Assembly (NCBI GenBank): GCA_050998115.1
Contig: JBPCQM010000025.1
Span: 1 to 58,733, forward strand
Length of the DNA: 58,733 nucleotides
Reading direction: 5' to 3'
From: Pseudolabrys sp.
GTDB taxonomy: Bacteria; Pseudomonadota; Alphaproteobacteria; Rhizobiales; Xanthobacteraceae
Positions 10,055 through 19,165 of this stretch are shown piece by piece. Position numbers and translations under genes: made by a program. Each line of letters opens with the position of its first letter. The stretch's first letter is position 1. Below the pieces are notes generated by a model that made no database searches, was not told where the DNA came from, and worked only from the letters and a program-made list of their open reading frames with translations.

Positions 10055-11557
10055 TCAACTACGCCTGCCCGCATTAATCGCATTATTGGCCATAAAGTCG
10101 CCAAGCGCGGCGCGCTCCTCCTCATCGGCGATCAGGCCCAGCTTGCTGCGCCGCCATAAAACGTCTTCGGCGGTCTGCGCCCATTCCTGCGTTATCAAAT
10201 AGCGCACCTCGGCGCCGCTCAGGTCGCCGACCAGACGCGGGCCAAGATCCTCGGCGGTTTTGGCATTGCCGAGGACGCGCTCGATTCGCGTGCCGTAAGC
10301 GCCCACCATCCGCCGCGCGCAGGCCTCGGTGAGAAACGGCCAACGATTGCGGGCCCGGATCGCCTGCAGCGGAAATTCCTCAGCCGGGAAATCGCCGCCA
10401 GGCAGATTCGACTGCGCGGTCCATGGAGGATGCGTCTGGAAAAAATGACCGACTTTTTCCATCACCGCTTCGGCCAGCCGCCGCGAGGTGGTGATCTTGC
10501 CGCCATAGACCGTGAGCACTGGCGCCTCGCGGAACGGCTCGTCCAGCGCCAGCGCGTAGTCCCGCGTCACGTCTTCCGGCTTGTCGGCGCCATCGTCCTG
10601 GAGCGAACGCACACCGGCAAACGCATATACCACGTCAGTCGTGCTGATGGCGTCGCGGAAATATTCGTTGAAGACGCCGATCAGGTAAGTCATTTCGCCG
10701 CCATCGGGCGAGGGCGCATTGACGTCGCCGATGAACGCCTCATCGGTGGTGCCGATCAGCGTGAAGTCGCTGGCGAAGGGCAAGGCGAACACGACGCGAC
10801 CGTCCGCTGCCTGCAAGGTATAGCCGTGCTCGTGATTGAAATTGCGTCGCACCACGATGTGGCTGCCCTTCACGAGCCGCACTGGTGCCTGCAATGGCGT
10901 GCGCAAAACATGCTCTGCGACATTGCCGATCCACGGGCCGCTAGCGTTGATCAGAACGCGCGCGGTGACGACGTCGCGGCGGCCGCGGCAGTGGAGCACC
11001 AGTTCCCAGTCCTGCCGGCGCTCAGCGCGCGTGCAACGGGTGCGGGTGCGGATATCGGCGCCGCGCTCGGCGGCGTCAAGCGCGTTGAGCACCACCAGCC
11101 GCGCGTCGTCCACCCAGCAATCGGAATATTCGAAGCCGTAGCGAAAATTGCGCTTGAGCGGCATACCGACCGGATGGTGGGTGAGGTCGATGGTGCGAGT
11201 CGCCGGCAGCAGCGCACGGCCGCCAATGCGGTCATAAATGAAAAGCCCGAGGCGCAGCAAAAGCGGCGAGCGCAATTTCGCTGCCGGCGGCAACATGAAA
11301 CGCATCGGCCGCACCACATGCGGCGCCATGCGCAGCAGCACTTCGCGCTCGTGCAGAGCCTCGCGCACCAGACGGAACGCGCCATGCTCGAGATAACGCA
11401 AGCCGCCGTGAATGAGCTTGCTGGACGCCGACGACGTGCCGGAGGCAAGGTCATTCTGCTCGACCAACAACACGCGCAGACCCCGTCCGGCGGCGTCTCG
11501 CGCGCTCGCGGTTCCGTTGATGCCGCCGCCAATGATGGCGAGGTCGAAATCAGTCAT
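10055..11557 (-). CDS. glpD: FAD-dependent glycerol-3-phosphate dehydrogenase
   Basis: IIGGGING, SGTSSASSKLIHGGLRYLE, GGKITT and DVLWRRSKLGL. Confidence 0.9.
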   Translation of the reverse strand: MTDFDLAIIGGGINGTASARDAAGRGLRVLLVEQNDLASGTSSASSKLIHGGLRYLEHGAFRLVREALHEREVLLRMAPHVVRPMRFMLPPAAKLRSPLLLRLGLFIYDRIGGRALLPATRTIDLTHHPVGMPLKRNFRYGFEYSDCWVDDARLVVLNALDAAERGADIRTRTRCTRAERRQDWELVLHCRGRRDVVTARVLINASGPWIGNVAEHVLRTPLQAPVRLVKGSHIVVRRNFNHEHGYTLQAADGRVVFALPFASDFTLIGTTDEAFIGDVNAPSPDGGEMTYLIGVFNEYFRDAISTTDVVYAFAGVRSLQDDGADKPEDVTRDYALALDEPFREAPVLTVYGGKITTSRRLAEAVMEKVGHFFQTHPPWTAQSNLPGGDFPAEEFPLQAIRARNRWPFLTEACARRMVGAYGTRIERVLGNAKTAEDLGPRLVGDLSGAEVRYLITQEWAQTAEDVLWRRSKLGLIADEEERAALGDFMANNAINAGRRS

Positions 11558-11740
11558 GTGCGTTGATTCGTCTCTCTAACCGCGAGAATGGTCGGCTTGA
11601 CCGCGCACCTCAAGAACCGATCGGCCGCAAACCGCGTTAAAGCCACAAGTATCCGGGGCGGTCCGGCAAAATTGCCTCGTCTGCCGCGTTGTCTTAGGCG
11701 ACCGCGCGGAATAGGTTCGTTGCAGGACGCCGATTCATCC

Positions 11741-12607
11741 ATGCCCTCCCCCCGCCTGCTGGTTATCGAAGGAAACTCGCCGCAGACCATGGCCGCCCAT
11801 GTGGCGGTCGGCGGCATTCCTGCAAGCCAGGGCTATTCCGACCTGTTGCGAGAGCTGTTGCCGGGCGCCAGCGTCGACATCTGCCATCCCGGCGACCCCA
11901 CCGCGGTGCTGCCGGAAGGCCAATCGCTCGAAGGCTATGACGGCGTCACCATCACCGGTTCTTCGCTGCATCTTTACAACCGCGCCCCCGAAGTCACCCG
12001 CCAAGTCGACCTGGTGCGCGCGACGCTGACGACCGGCACGCCGATGTTCGGCTCGTGCTGGGGCCTCCAAGTCATCACGGTGGCGACTGGCGGCAGTGTA
12101 CGGAAAAACCCCAAAGGCCGCGAGATCGGCTTTGGCCGCAGCATCCGGCTCACCGAATCCGGCCGCAAGCATCCGATGTATGCCGGCAAGGTCGACGTGT
12201 TCAACGCGCCGACCGTGCACCTTGACGAAGTCGAGACTTTAGCGCCCGGCACCACCGTGCTGGCCACCAATGGGGTGTCCGACGTGCAGAGCGCCGAGAT
12301 ACGAACCAATGCCTCGGTCGCCTGGGCAGTGCAGTATCATCCGGAATATCCGCTGCGTGAATTGGCGGCGATCGTGCGGCGGATCGGGACCGGGCTGATC
12401 GCGGAGGGATTTTTTTCGAACGAAGCCGATGTCAAGACATTTTCCGAAGACCTCGACGCGCTCGATAAAAACCCGTCCGACAAGCGGCTGGCGTGGCGGC
12501 ACGGCATCAGCAAGAACGTGCTCGACAAAAAGCTGCGGGTCAGCGAAGTGGCAAATTGGATCGAATTCCAGGTGCTGCCGACGCGGGTTAAACGCGGGCG
12601 GGGTTAG
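11741..12607 (+). CDS. Class I glutamine amidotransferase-like protein
   Basis: ITGS, GSCWG (catalytic Cys) and QYHPE (His-Glu) motifs. Confidence 0.8.
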   Translation: MPSPRLLVIEGNSPQTMAAHVAVGGIPASQGYSDLLRELLPGASVDICHPGDPTAVLPEGQSLEGYDGVTITGSSLHLYNRAPEVTRQVDLVRATLTTGTPMFGSCWGLQVITVATGGSVRKNPKGREIGFGRSIRLTESGRKHPMYAGKVDVFNAPTVHLDEVETLAPGTTVLATNGVSDVQSAEIRTNASVAWAVQYHPEYPLRELAAIVRRIGTGLIAEGFFSNEADVKTFSEDLDALDKNPSDKRLAWRHGISKNVLDKKLRVSEVANWIEFQVLPTRVKRGRG

Positions 12608-12610
12608 CGT

Positions 12611-12661
12611 GAGCGCATGATCTCGAAAAGTGGAAACCGGTTTTCGGAAAGGACCATGCGC
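12611..12661. repeat. Rhizobiales short palindromic intergenic repeat (Bru-RS-like)
   Basis: Imperfect palindrome GCGCATGATCTCGAAAAGTGGAAACCGGTTTTCGGAAAGGACCATGCGC, immediately after a stop codon. Confidence 0.65.
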
Positions 12662-12669
12662 CAGAGTCT

Positions 12670-13368
12670 ATGATGGATTTTGCCAGTCGTACAATCGTTG
12701 TGACCGGCGGTACCGGTGCGCTCGGCACTGCGGTAGTCGGCGCGTTGCTGGCCGCCGGCGCGAGCTGCAGGGTGCCTTACGTCCACGATGCGGAAATGCA
12801 GCATTTTGCCGATCGCGAGAACAAACAGGTCAAATTGATCGCGGTCAAAGACTTGGCCGACGAAGCCGATGTCGCGAAGCTTTATGACAACGTTTCAGGA
12901 TTGTGGGCCTCGATCCACATCGCCGGTGGTTTCGCGATAGCGTCGGTGGCCGCGACCGACAAAGCCGCATTGCAATCCCAGATCGATACCAATTTCGTGT
13001 CGTGCTTCTTGTGTTGTCGTGCCGCCATCAAGGCAATGGGAAATAACAGCGGCCGCATCGTCAATGTCGCGGCGCGTCCGGCGCTGGAATGGCGCAGCGG
13101 CGCCGGTATGGCGGCCTATACGGCGAGCAAGGCCGCCGTCGCCGCGATGACGGTCGCGCTGGCCGAGGAGGTCGCAAAAGACGGCATTCTGGTCAACGCG
13201 GTGGCGCCCTCGATCATGGATACGCCCGCCAACCGCAAGGCGATGCCAAAGGCGGATTTCGCCAAGTGGCCGAAGGTCGAGGAGGTGGCGGCGAGCATCG
13301 TGTTTCTCGCCTCACCGGCCAATCGTGTTACCCGCGGCGCTATCGTTCCGGTCTACGGAAAATCCTAA
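12670..13368 (+). CDS. Short-chain dehydrogenase/reductase
   Basis: TGGTGALG, YTASK (YxxxK) and VNAVAP. Confidence 0.85.
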   Translation: MMDFASRTIVVTGGTGALGTAVVGALLAAGASCRVPYVHDAEMQHFADRENKQVKLIAVKDLADEADVAKLYDNVSGLWASIHIAGGFAIASVAATDKAALQSQIDTNFVSCFLCCRAAIKAMGNNSGRIVNVAARPALEWRSGAGMAAYTASKAAVAAMTVALAEEVAKDGILVNAVAPSIMDTPANRKAMPKADFAKWPKVEEVAASIVFLASPANRVTRGAIVPVYGKS

Positions 13369-14729
13369 CTCGCCACCGTCACCAGTTCCAGCGATGGGCG
13401 TGCCAGGCGCTGCACCGCGCTTGACGCCACCACGGTGTGACCATCGGCATAAGTCTCGTGGTTTTTTTCGATATCGTCGAGCTCGTAAATATAATTCACC
13501 ATCAGCCCGTGACTCTGCTCCATCGCGCGCTCTGAACCATCGGCCAGCCAGTTGATCTGCTCGAGGCGGGCGCCATTGCCAAGATGGAAGCGTGCCACCG
13601 CGTCCACCGGCGCGCCGCGGCTATTGCGCGCATTGATGAAGTACCATGCTGCCGCGTGCAATAGGGGCTTTTCCAAGGGTCCGCGGGTATCCGGCCGCTG
13701 CCACCAGCCTTTAGTGTCAAGATTGGCGAGCGCGGCGCGATCTTCGGCACTGAGCACTTTCGAGGTTTCGTTAGCGCGTTCATTCGCCAGCCAAGCGGCA
13801 AAATTCGGCACCGGCGACAGCGTCACGAAGGTCGACAATTTAGGATTCTCGCGGCAGATTTCTTCCACTACCTGTTTGATGAGGAAGTGGCCGAATGACA
13901 CACCGGCCAGCCCGCGCTGGCAGTTCGAAATTGAATAAAACACCGCGGTGGTCGCCTTGTCGGGCGGCAACTGCTCGCGCTGCACGGTGAGGATCGGCGC
14001 GATCGCGTCGGAAATCTCACGAGTCAGCGCCACCTCGACGAAAATCAGCGGGTCGTCGATCAGCGCCGGATGAAAGAAGGCGTAACAGCGCCGGTCGGCC
14101 GGTTCGATGCGTCGCCGCAGGTCGTCCCAGCCCCGGATCTTATGCACGGCTTCGTAGCGGATGATCTTTTCCAACACGCTCGCCGCGGTCGACCAGTCGA
14201 TGCGGCGGATCACCAGAAAGCCGCGGTTGAACCAAGAGGAAAACAAATGGACGAAATCGGCATCGACCGATTTGAGATCATCGCGGCGGCCGATCGCGTC
14301 GAGCAACTGCTCGCGCATGTGAACCAGAGCCTCGGTGCCGTTAGGCGCGAGGTTGAGGCGGCGCAGTAACTCCTGGCGACGCGGCTCCGCCGCCGCCTGC
14401 ACCGCCGCCGCCGTGGCGTCGGAGGACGCGGCTTGCCAGGCCGCGACCGCGGCTTTCAGCTTCTCTTGATCGGGCCCAAACCGGGTCGCCAGTGCCTCGA
14501 AAAATGCAATGCGGGGCCCGGTTTTTAGCTCAGCGTAGTTGCCGAGAACGTCGCGGGCCAGCGCGACCCCCGAGGCCTCGCCCCGCGTCGACAGCAGTTC
14601 TTCGCACAAATCAGCCAACGTTTCGGAGCGGGCGCCGGCCTCGGCACGCCGGTCCCGCGCGCGGGCCACCAAAGCGCGGCCGCGCTCGGAAATCGTCTGC
14701 AGCAGTTCCCCGAAAAACGAGGTGTTCAT
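13365..14729 (-). CDS. matA: Malonyl-CoA decarboxylase
   Basis: SWFNRGFL, YEAVH, DRRCYAFFHP, FYSISNCQRGL and ARFHLGNGA motifs. Confidence 0.9.
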   Translation of the reverse strand: MNTSFFGELLQTISERGRALVARARDRRAEAGARSETLADLCEELLSTRGEASGVALARDVLGNYAELKTGPRIAFFEALATRFGPDQEKLKAAVAAWQAASSDATAAAVQAAAEPRRQELLRRLNLAPNGTEALVHMREQLLDAIGRRDDLKSVDADFVHLFSSWFNRGFLVIRRIDWSTAASVLEKIIRYEAVHKIRGWDDLRRRIEPADRRCYAFFHPALIDDPLIFVEVALTREISDAIAPILTVQREQLPPDKATTAVFYSISNCQRGLAGVSFGHFLIKQVVEEICRENPKLSTFVTLSPVPNFAAWLANERANETSKVLSAEDRAALANLDTKGWWQRPDTRGPLEKPLLHAAAWYFINARNSRGAPVDAVARFHLGNGARLEQINWLADGSERAMEQSHGLMVNYIYELDDIEKNHETYADGHTVVASSAVQRLARPSLELVTVAS

Positions 14730-14760
14730 CGTTGCCCCAACATCTGAGAGCCGCCGTCCG

Positions 14761-16077
14761 CTATTTGCCGGGACCCATCAAGTGATCCGGCAACCATGTG
14801 GCAATCTCAGGGAAGAAGCACAAGATCACGATCGCCAACATCATACATATGACGTAGGGCAGTGTCCCCCACATGACGGTGGTAACCGGAACATCCGGCG
14901 CGATCGCATTGACGATATAGATGTTCAGTCCGACCGGCGGATGAATCAGGCCGATCTCCATATTGATTGTTAGAATCACGCCAAACCACACCGGGTCGAA
15001 TCCCGCCGCGGTAATAATCGGCAACAGAATCGGCGAGGTCATCAGAATGATGGCAGCCGGCGGGATGAAGAAGCCCGACACCAGCAAGAAAAGGTTGATC
15101 ATGCCCATCAACACCCAGCGATTGAAGTGCGCGTCGGCAATCGCCTGCGCCAGAATCTGGGTCAGATAGAGCGACGTCAGCATATAGCCGAACAGCACGG
15201 CGGTGGCGATGATCGTCAGGATCATCACCGATTCCCGCATCGTGTCGCGCAGGATGTGCCAAACCTTGTCCACCGACCAAAGCCGGTAGATCACAATCGC
15301 CAGGAAGAGACAGAGCGCGGCGCCGACCCCGGCAGCCTCCGATGGCGTCGCCACGCCGCCATAAAGCGAATACATCACGCCGAAAATGATCAGGAGGAAT
15401 GGTGCGATCTTCGGGATCGCCTGGAATTTTTCCTTCCAGGAGTAACGAAAATCGATTGCGTGCGAGCGGAACCCGCGCTTCCAAATGATGAAGACGGTCC
15501 ACACTATGAATAGCCCGGTCAACATCAGGCCCGGCATTACGCCTGCGAGGAACAGGCGGCCGAGCGAGGTCTCGGTGGCGATGCCGTATAGAATGAAGGT
15601 GATCGAGGGCGGAATAAGGATGCCGAGCGTACCGCCGGCGCAGATCGAGCCGGTGGCGACATCGTCCGGATAGCCGCGCCGCCGCATCTCCGGAATTCCC
15701 ATCTTGCCGATGGCGGCGCAGCAGGCGGGCGACGATCCGGTCAGCGCGGCGAAGATCGCGCAGGCGCCGAGATTGGAAATCACCAACCCGCCGGGCACCC
15801 GGTAAAGCCAGCGATCCAGCGCTTCATAAAGGTCCTTGCCGGCAGGCGAAGAGCCGATCGTCGCGCCCATCATCACAAACATCGGAATGGCAACGAGGGT
15901 AAATTCGTCGAGGCCGGACCAGAACGTCTCGGCGACGACGTGAATGCTGTCGAAGCCGTGAAACAGCAGAAGAAAGAGGATCGCAACGGCGCCCAGGCCG
16001 AAAGCCACCGGAATTCCCGACATCAGCATCAGCAAAGTTGCGACCAGGACCAGACTGCCTTGGGCGCCCGCGTTCAT
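14761..16077 (-). CDS. TRAP transporter large permease (DctM family)
   Basis: GGTLGILIPPS, TPSEAA and EIGLIHPPVG motifs; start overlaps the dctQ stop. Confidence 0.9.
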   Translation of the reverse strand: MNAGAQGSLVLVATLLMLMSGIPVAFGLGAVAILFLLLFHGFDSIHVVAETFWSGLDEFTLVAIPMFVMMGATIGSSPAGKDLYEALDRWLYRVPGGLVISNLGACAIFAALTGSSPACCAAIGKMGIPEMRRRGYPDDVATGSICAGGTLGILIPPSITFILYGIATETSLGRLFLAGVMPGLMLTGLFIVWTVFIIWKRGFRSHAIDFRYSWKEKFQAIPKIAPFLLIIFGVMYSLYGGVATPSEAAGVGAALCLFLAIVIYRLWSVDKVWHILRDTMRESVMILTIIATAVLFGYMLTSLYLTQILAQAIADAHFNRWVLMGMINLFLLVSGFFIPPAAIILMTSPILLPIITAAGFDPVWFGVILTINMEIGLIHPPVGLNIYIVNAIAPDVPVTTVMWGTLPYVICMMLAIVILCFFPEIATWLPDHLMGPGK

Positions 16078-16640
16078 GGAGCATCTCCCAGCGCCTGTTT
16101 TGCCTGCGCCCGCGCGAATTCCGCTGCATCTTCTTTCGGCTTGAGGCCGAACGGCTGCGCCCCGCCGGTGAGCAGGCAGATCAACTCGGCGACATATTGC
16201 AGCACCAGCAGCCCAAGGCCGATCGGCATCGAGAGATAGGGAATCCACAGGCGCGCCCGCCACACGGTATTCGACTGCCAGCCTTCGGTCCAAGCCTCGT
16301 ACCAATATTGCGTGCACAGAACCCACAGCACCACGCAAAAGCTCAACGACAGCAGGATCGTGAACAACGCGAGCCAGTAGCGGGCGCGCGGCGGAAGATA
16401 GAGCGGCAGGATCTCCACGTTGACGTGGCCGCGAGTCATAAGCACGTAGGCGCTGCCGATGAATGTTGCGGTGACGATTGAATACGTGACCACGTCGATC
16501 TGCCAGATGGTCGGAGTATCGAAAAAATAACGCACTATGATCATGTCGCAGATCACCAGCACGCCCACTCCGAGCAGCAAGGCGGCAATGACGCCGGCGC
16601 CGCGCGACAGAAAACTGACCACCCGAATGTATGTGTCCAT
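16074..16640 (-). CDS. TRAP transporter small permease (DctQ family)
   Basis: About four transmembrane helices and a GHVNVE motif, located between the P and M subunits. Confidence 0.85.
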   Translation of the reverse strand: MDTYIRVVSFLSRGAGVIAALLLGVGVLVICDMIIVRYFFDTPTIWQIDVVTYSIVTATFIGSAYVLMTRGHVNVEILPLYLPPRARYWLALFTILLSLSFCVVLWVLCTQYWYEAWTEGWQSNTVWRARLWIPYLSMPIGLGLLVLQYVAELICLLTGGAQPFGLKPKEDAAEFARAQAKQALGDAP

Positions 16641-16752
16641 GGACCGGCTTGCGTTTCTATCGTTCGATGCGAGCAGGATTTGTGCAGGGTCGCGGCACAA
16701 GACAACACCGGCCGGCGAGCTCGCTCGCCAGCCGGTGCTGAGACAATCGGTC

Positions 16753-17745
16753 TTATTTGACCGCAAGCGCCTCGTCGATCAGCTTCTGGCCGTTCGGCAC
16801 GGCTTTGGCGAAGGTCGCGTAGGAGCTCTTTTTCGCAACATCAAGCCACGCCTGATAATCGGCGTCGCTTAAGGTGACCACTTTAACCTTGTGGTCTTCG
16901 AATGCCTTGATGGCATCCTTGTTCACCGCTTCGGCTTTTCCCTCGTAATAAGCCTGCGCTTTCTTGCCGGCTTGCAGCACCACATCCTGCTGTTGCTTGT
17001 TGAGCTTGTCGAAGCTCTTTTTCGACATCAGCACCGGCTCGTACATGAACCACAACGCGTTGTCGCCTGGCGCCGTGAGGCAATCCGTGACCTCGTAGAG
17101 TCGCATGGACTGAAAGGTGCCGAGACTGGTGTCGGTCCCGTTGACGACGCCGCTCTGGAACGCGTTGTAGATTTCATTGGACGGCGGGCTGACGATGCTC
17201 GCACCGGCATTTTCCCACATCGCGGCGAAGGTCGGACCCGCAGCGCGGAATTTCAGCCCCTTGAGATCGTTTGGATGCACCAGGCATCCCTTATTGGACG
17301 CCATTCCGCCAGCGAACCAGGCGTCGGACAAAACGATAACACCCCGCTTCTCAATTTCGGCGCGGATATCCTTCATGAATTGCGATTCGTTGATGCGTTT
17401 GGCGCGTTCCTGATTGCGGATCAGGCCGGGCATCAGCGTCGCGCTGAAAACCGGTACTTTGCCGCTGGCATAGTCGAGCGGGAACAATGTGATGTCGAGT
17501 TGCCCGTTGACCATGGCGTTCCACTGGTCGTTCGGCTTGAACAGCGAGGCGCCGGGATAGACCTGAATGTCGAGCCCGACATTGGCCGCTTTCGCTTCCT
17601 TGGCGATCATCTGCACCATGTCGTCGCGCACGTCGCCCTTGCCGCCCGGAAACTGGTGGGAAGCCTTCATGACGACCTGAGCCTGCGCCGTGGCGGCGAG
17701 CGCAATCGCCGCGGCACCGGCCAAAAATATCGAAATCATCCTCAT
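16753..17745 (-). CDS. TRAP transporter substrate-binding protein (DctP family), probably malonate/dicarboxylate
   Basis: Signal peptide, DLKGLKFR and YNAFQSGVVNG motifs; co-transcribed with matA. Confidence 0.85.
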   Translation of the reverse strand: MRMISIFLAGAAAIALAATAQAQVVMKASHQFPGGKGDVRDDMVQMIAKEAKAANVGLDIQVYPGASLFKPNDQWNAMVNGQLDITLFPLDYASGKVPVFSATLMPGLIRNQERAKRINESQFMKDIRAEIEKRGVIVLSDAWFAGGMASNKGCLVHPNDLKGLKFRAAGPTFAAMWENAGASIVSPPSNEIYNAFQSGVVNGTDTSLGTFQSMRLYEVTDCLTAPGDNALWFMYEPVLMSKKSFDKLNKQQQDVVLQAGKKAQAYYEGKAEAVNKDAIKAFEDHKVKVVTLSDADYQAWLDVAKKSSYATFAKAVPNGQKLIDEALAVK

Positions 17746-17992
17746 TGCGTGTTTCCTCCGTGATGTTATTTGGCAACGTATGTCGTTGCGTCTGATTGTT
17801 TACAGCTACAGTAGCCAAAACTCGGCGCGTCGCGCCCGGATTCATACTAGCCGTCGGTGCGGCACGTTGCCATAGCAGGGACGCCAATTTCCTTCCGCGG
17901 ACCTCGCCACGATGGAATGCCGGTCTGGAAAGGCCGGCCTTACCTCTCTATAACCCCGCAACGATCGCGAATTCCATATCGGGGAGTTTCAT

Positions 17993-19165
17993 ATGCCGAA
18001 GCCGTTGGCGGGCTTGCGCGTGCTCGAACTCGCGCGCATTCTGGCCGGGCCCTGGGCTGGGCAACTGCTTGCCGATCTTGGCGCCGACGTCATCAAGGTG
18101 GAACGCAAGGGCGCCGGCGACGACACCCGCGGCTGGGGTCCGCCTTTCGTCGAAGGCGTCGACGGCAAGTCGATTGGCTCCGCCTATTTCCACTCCGCCA
18201 ATCGCGGCAAGCGCTCGATCGAGGTGGATTTTGAGAGCGACGACGGCAAGCAAATCGTGCGCAAGCTGGCGGCGCGCTCGGATATCCTGATCGAGAATTT
18301 CAAGGTCGGCGGCCTCAAGAAATTCGGGCTCGATTACGAAAGCCTGGCGCCGGAAAACCCGCGGCTGATCTACTGTTCGGTTACCGGCTTCGGCCAGGAC
18401 GGGCCTTATGCGCCGCGCGCCGGCTACGACCTGATTGCGCAGGCGATCGGCGGCATGATGAGCCTGACGGGAATGCGCGACGGGCCGCCCACCCGCGTCG
18501 GCGTCGCGGTTTCGGATATTTTCACCGGCGTCTACTCGGTGGTCGGCGTTCTGGCGGCGCTCAACGAGCGCCAGCGCACCGGCAAGGGCGCCTACGTCGA
18601 TACCGCGCTGGTAGATTCCACCGTCGGCGTACTAGCCAACATGGTGCTCAACTATCTGGTGTCCGACAAGATTCCGGAGCGGATCGGCAATGCCCACGCC
18701 AATATTGTGCCGTATCAGGAATTTCCGGTCGCCGACGGCCATGTCATCGTCGCCACCGGCAACGACCGGCAATATGCCGATTTCTGCCGGGTGATCGGCG
18801 GGACCGAGCTGGCGGCCGACCCGAAATACAAGGACAATATCGGCCGTCTCAAGCATCGCGACGAACTGGCCGCCAAGCTCACCGAGCTGACAATAAAAAT
18901 GAAGAGGCAGGAACTTCTCGACAAGCTCGAAGCGGTGAAAGTGCCGGCCGGGCCGATCAATAATCTCAAGGAAGTTTTCGCCGACCCTCAGGTCGTTCAC
19001 CGCGGCATGAAGCTCAATCTGCCGAGCAAGGCGGCCAAGGCCGGCAGCATTCCCGGCGTGCGCTCGCCGATCGTGATCGACGGTTGGAAGGCCGCGTCGG
19101 AGCGCCCCTCGCCACTGCTTGGCGAACATACCGACGAAATTTTGCGCGAGATTGGGGAAGTCTAA
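17993..19165 (+). CDS. Family III CoA-transferase (CaiB/BaiF)
   Basis: LAGPWAGQLLADLGADVIKVE, NRGKRS and GYDLIAQA (catalytic Asp). Confidence 0.9.
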   Translation: MPKPLAGLRVLELARILAGPWAGQLLADLGADVIKVERKGAGDDTRGWGPPFVEGVDGKSIGSAYFHSANRGKRSIEVDFESDDGKQIVRKLAARSDILIENFKVGGLKKFGLDYESLAPENPRLIYCSVTGFGQDGPYAPRAGYDLIAQAIGGMMSLTGMRDGPPTRVGVAVSDIFTGVYSVVGVLAALNERQRTGKGAYVDTALVDSTVGVLANMVLNYLVSDKIPERIGNAHANIVPYQEFPVADGHVIVATGNDRQYADFCRVIGGTELAADPKYKDNIGRLKHRDELAAKLTELTIKMKRQELLDKLEAVKVPAGPINNLKEVFADPQVVHRGMKLNLPSKAAKAGSIPGVRSPIVIDGWKAASERPSPLLGEHTDEILREIGEV

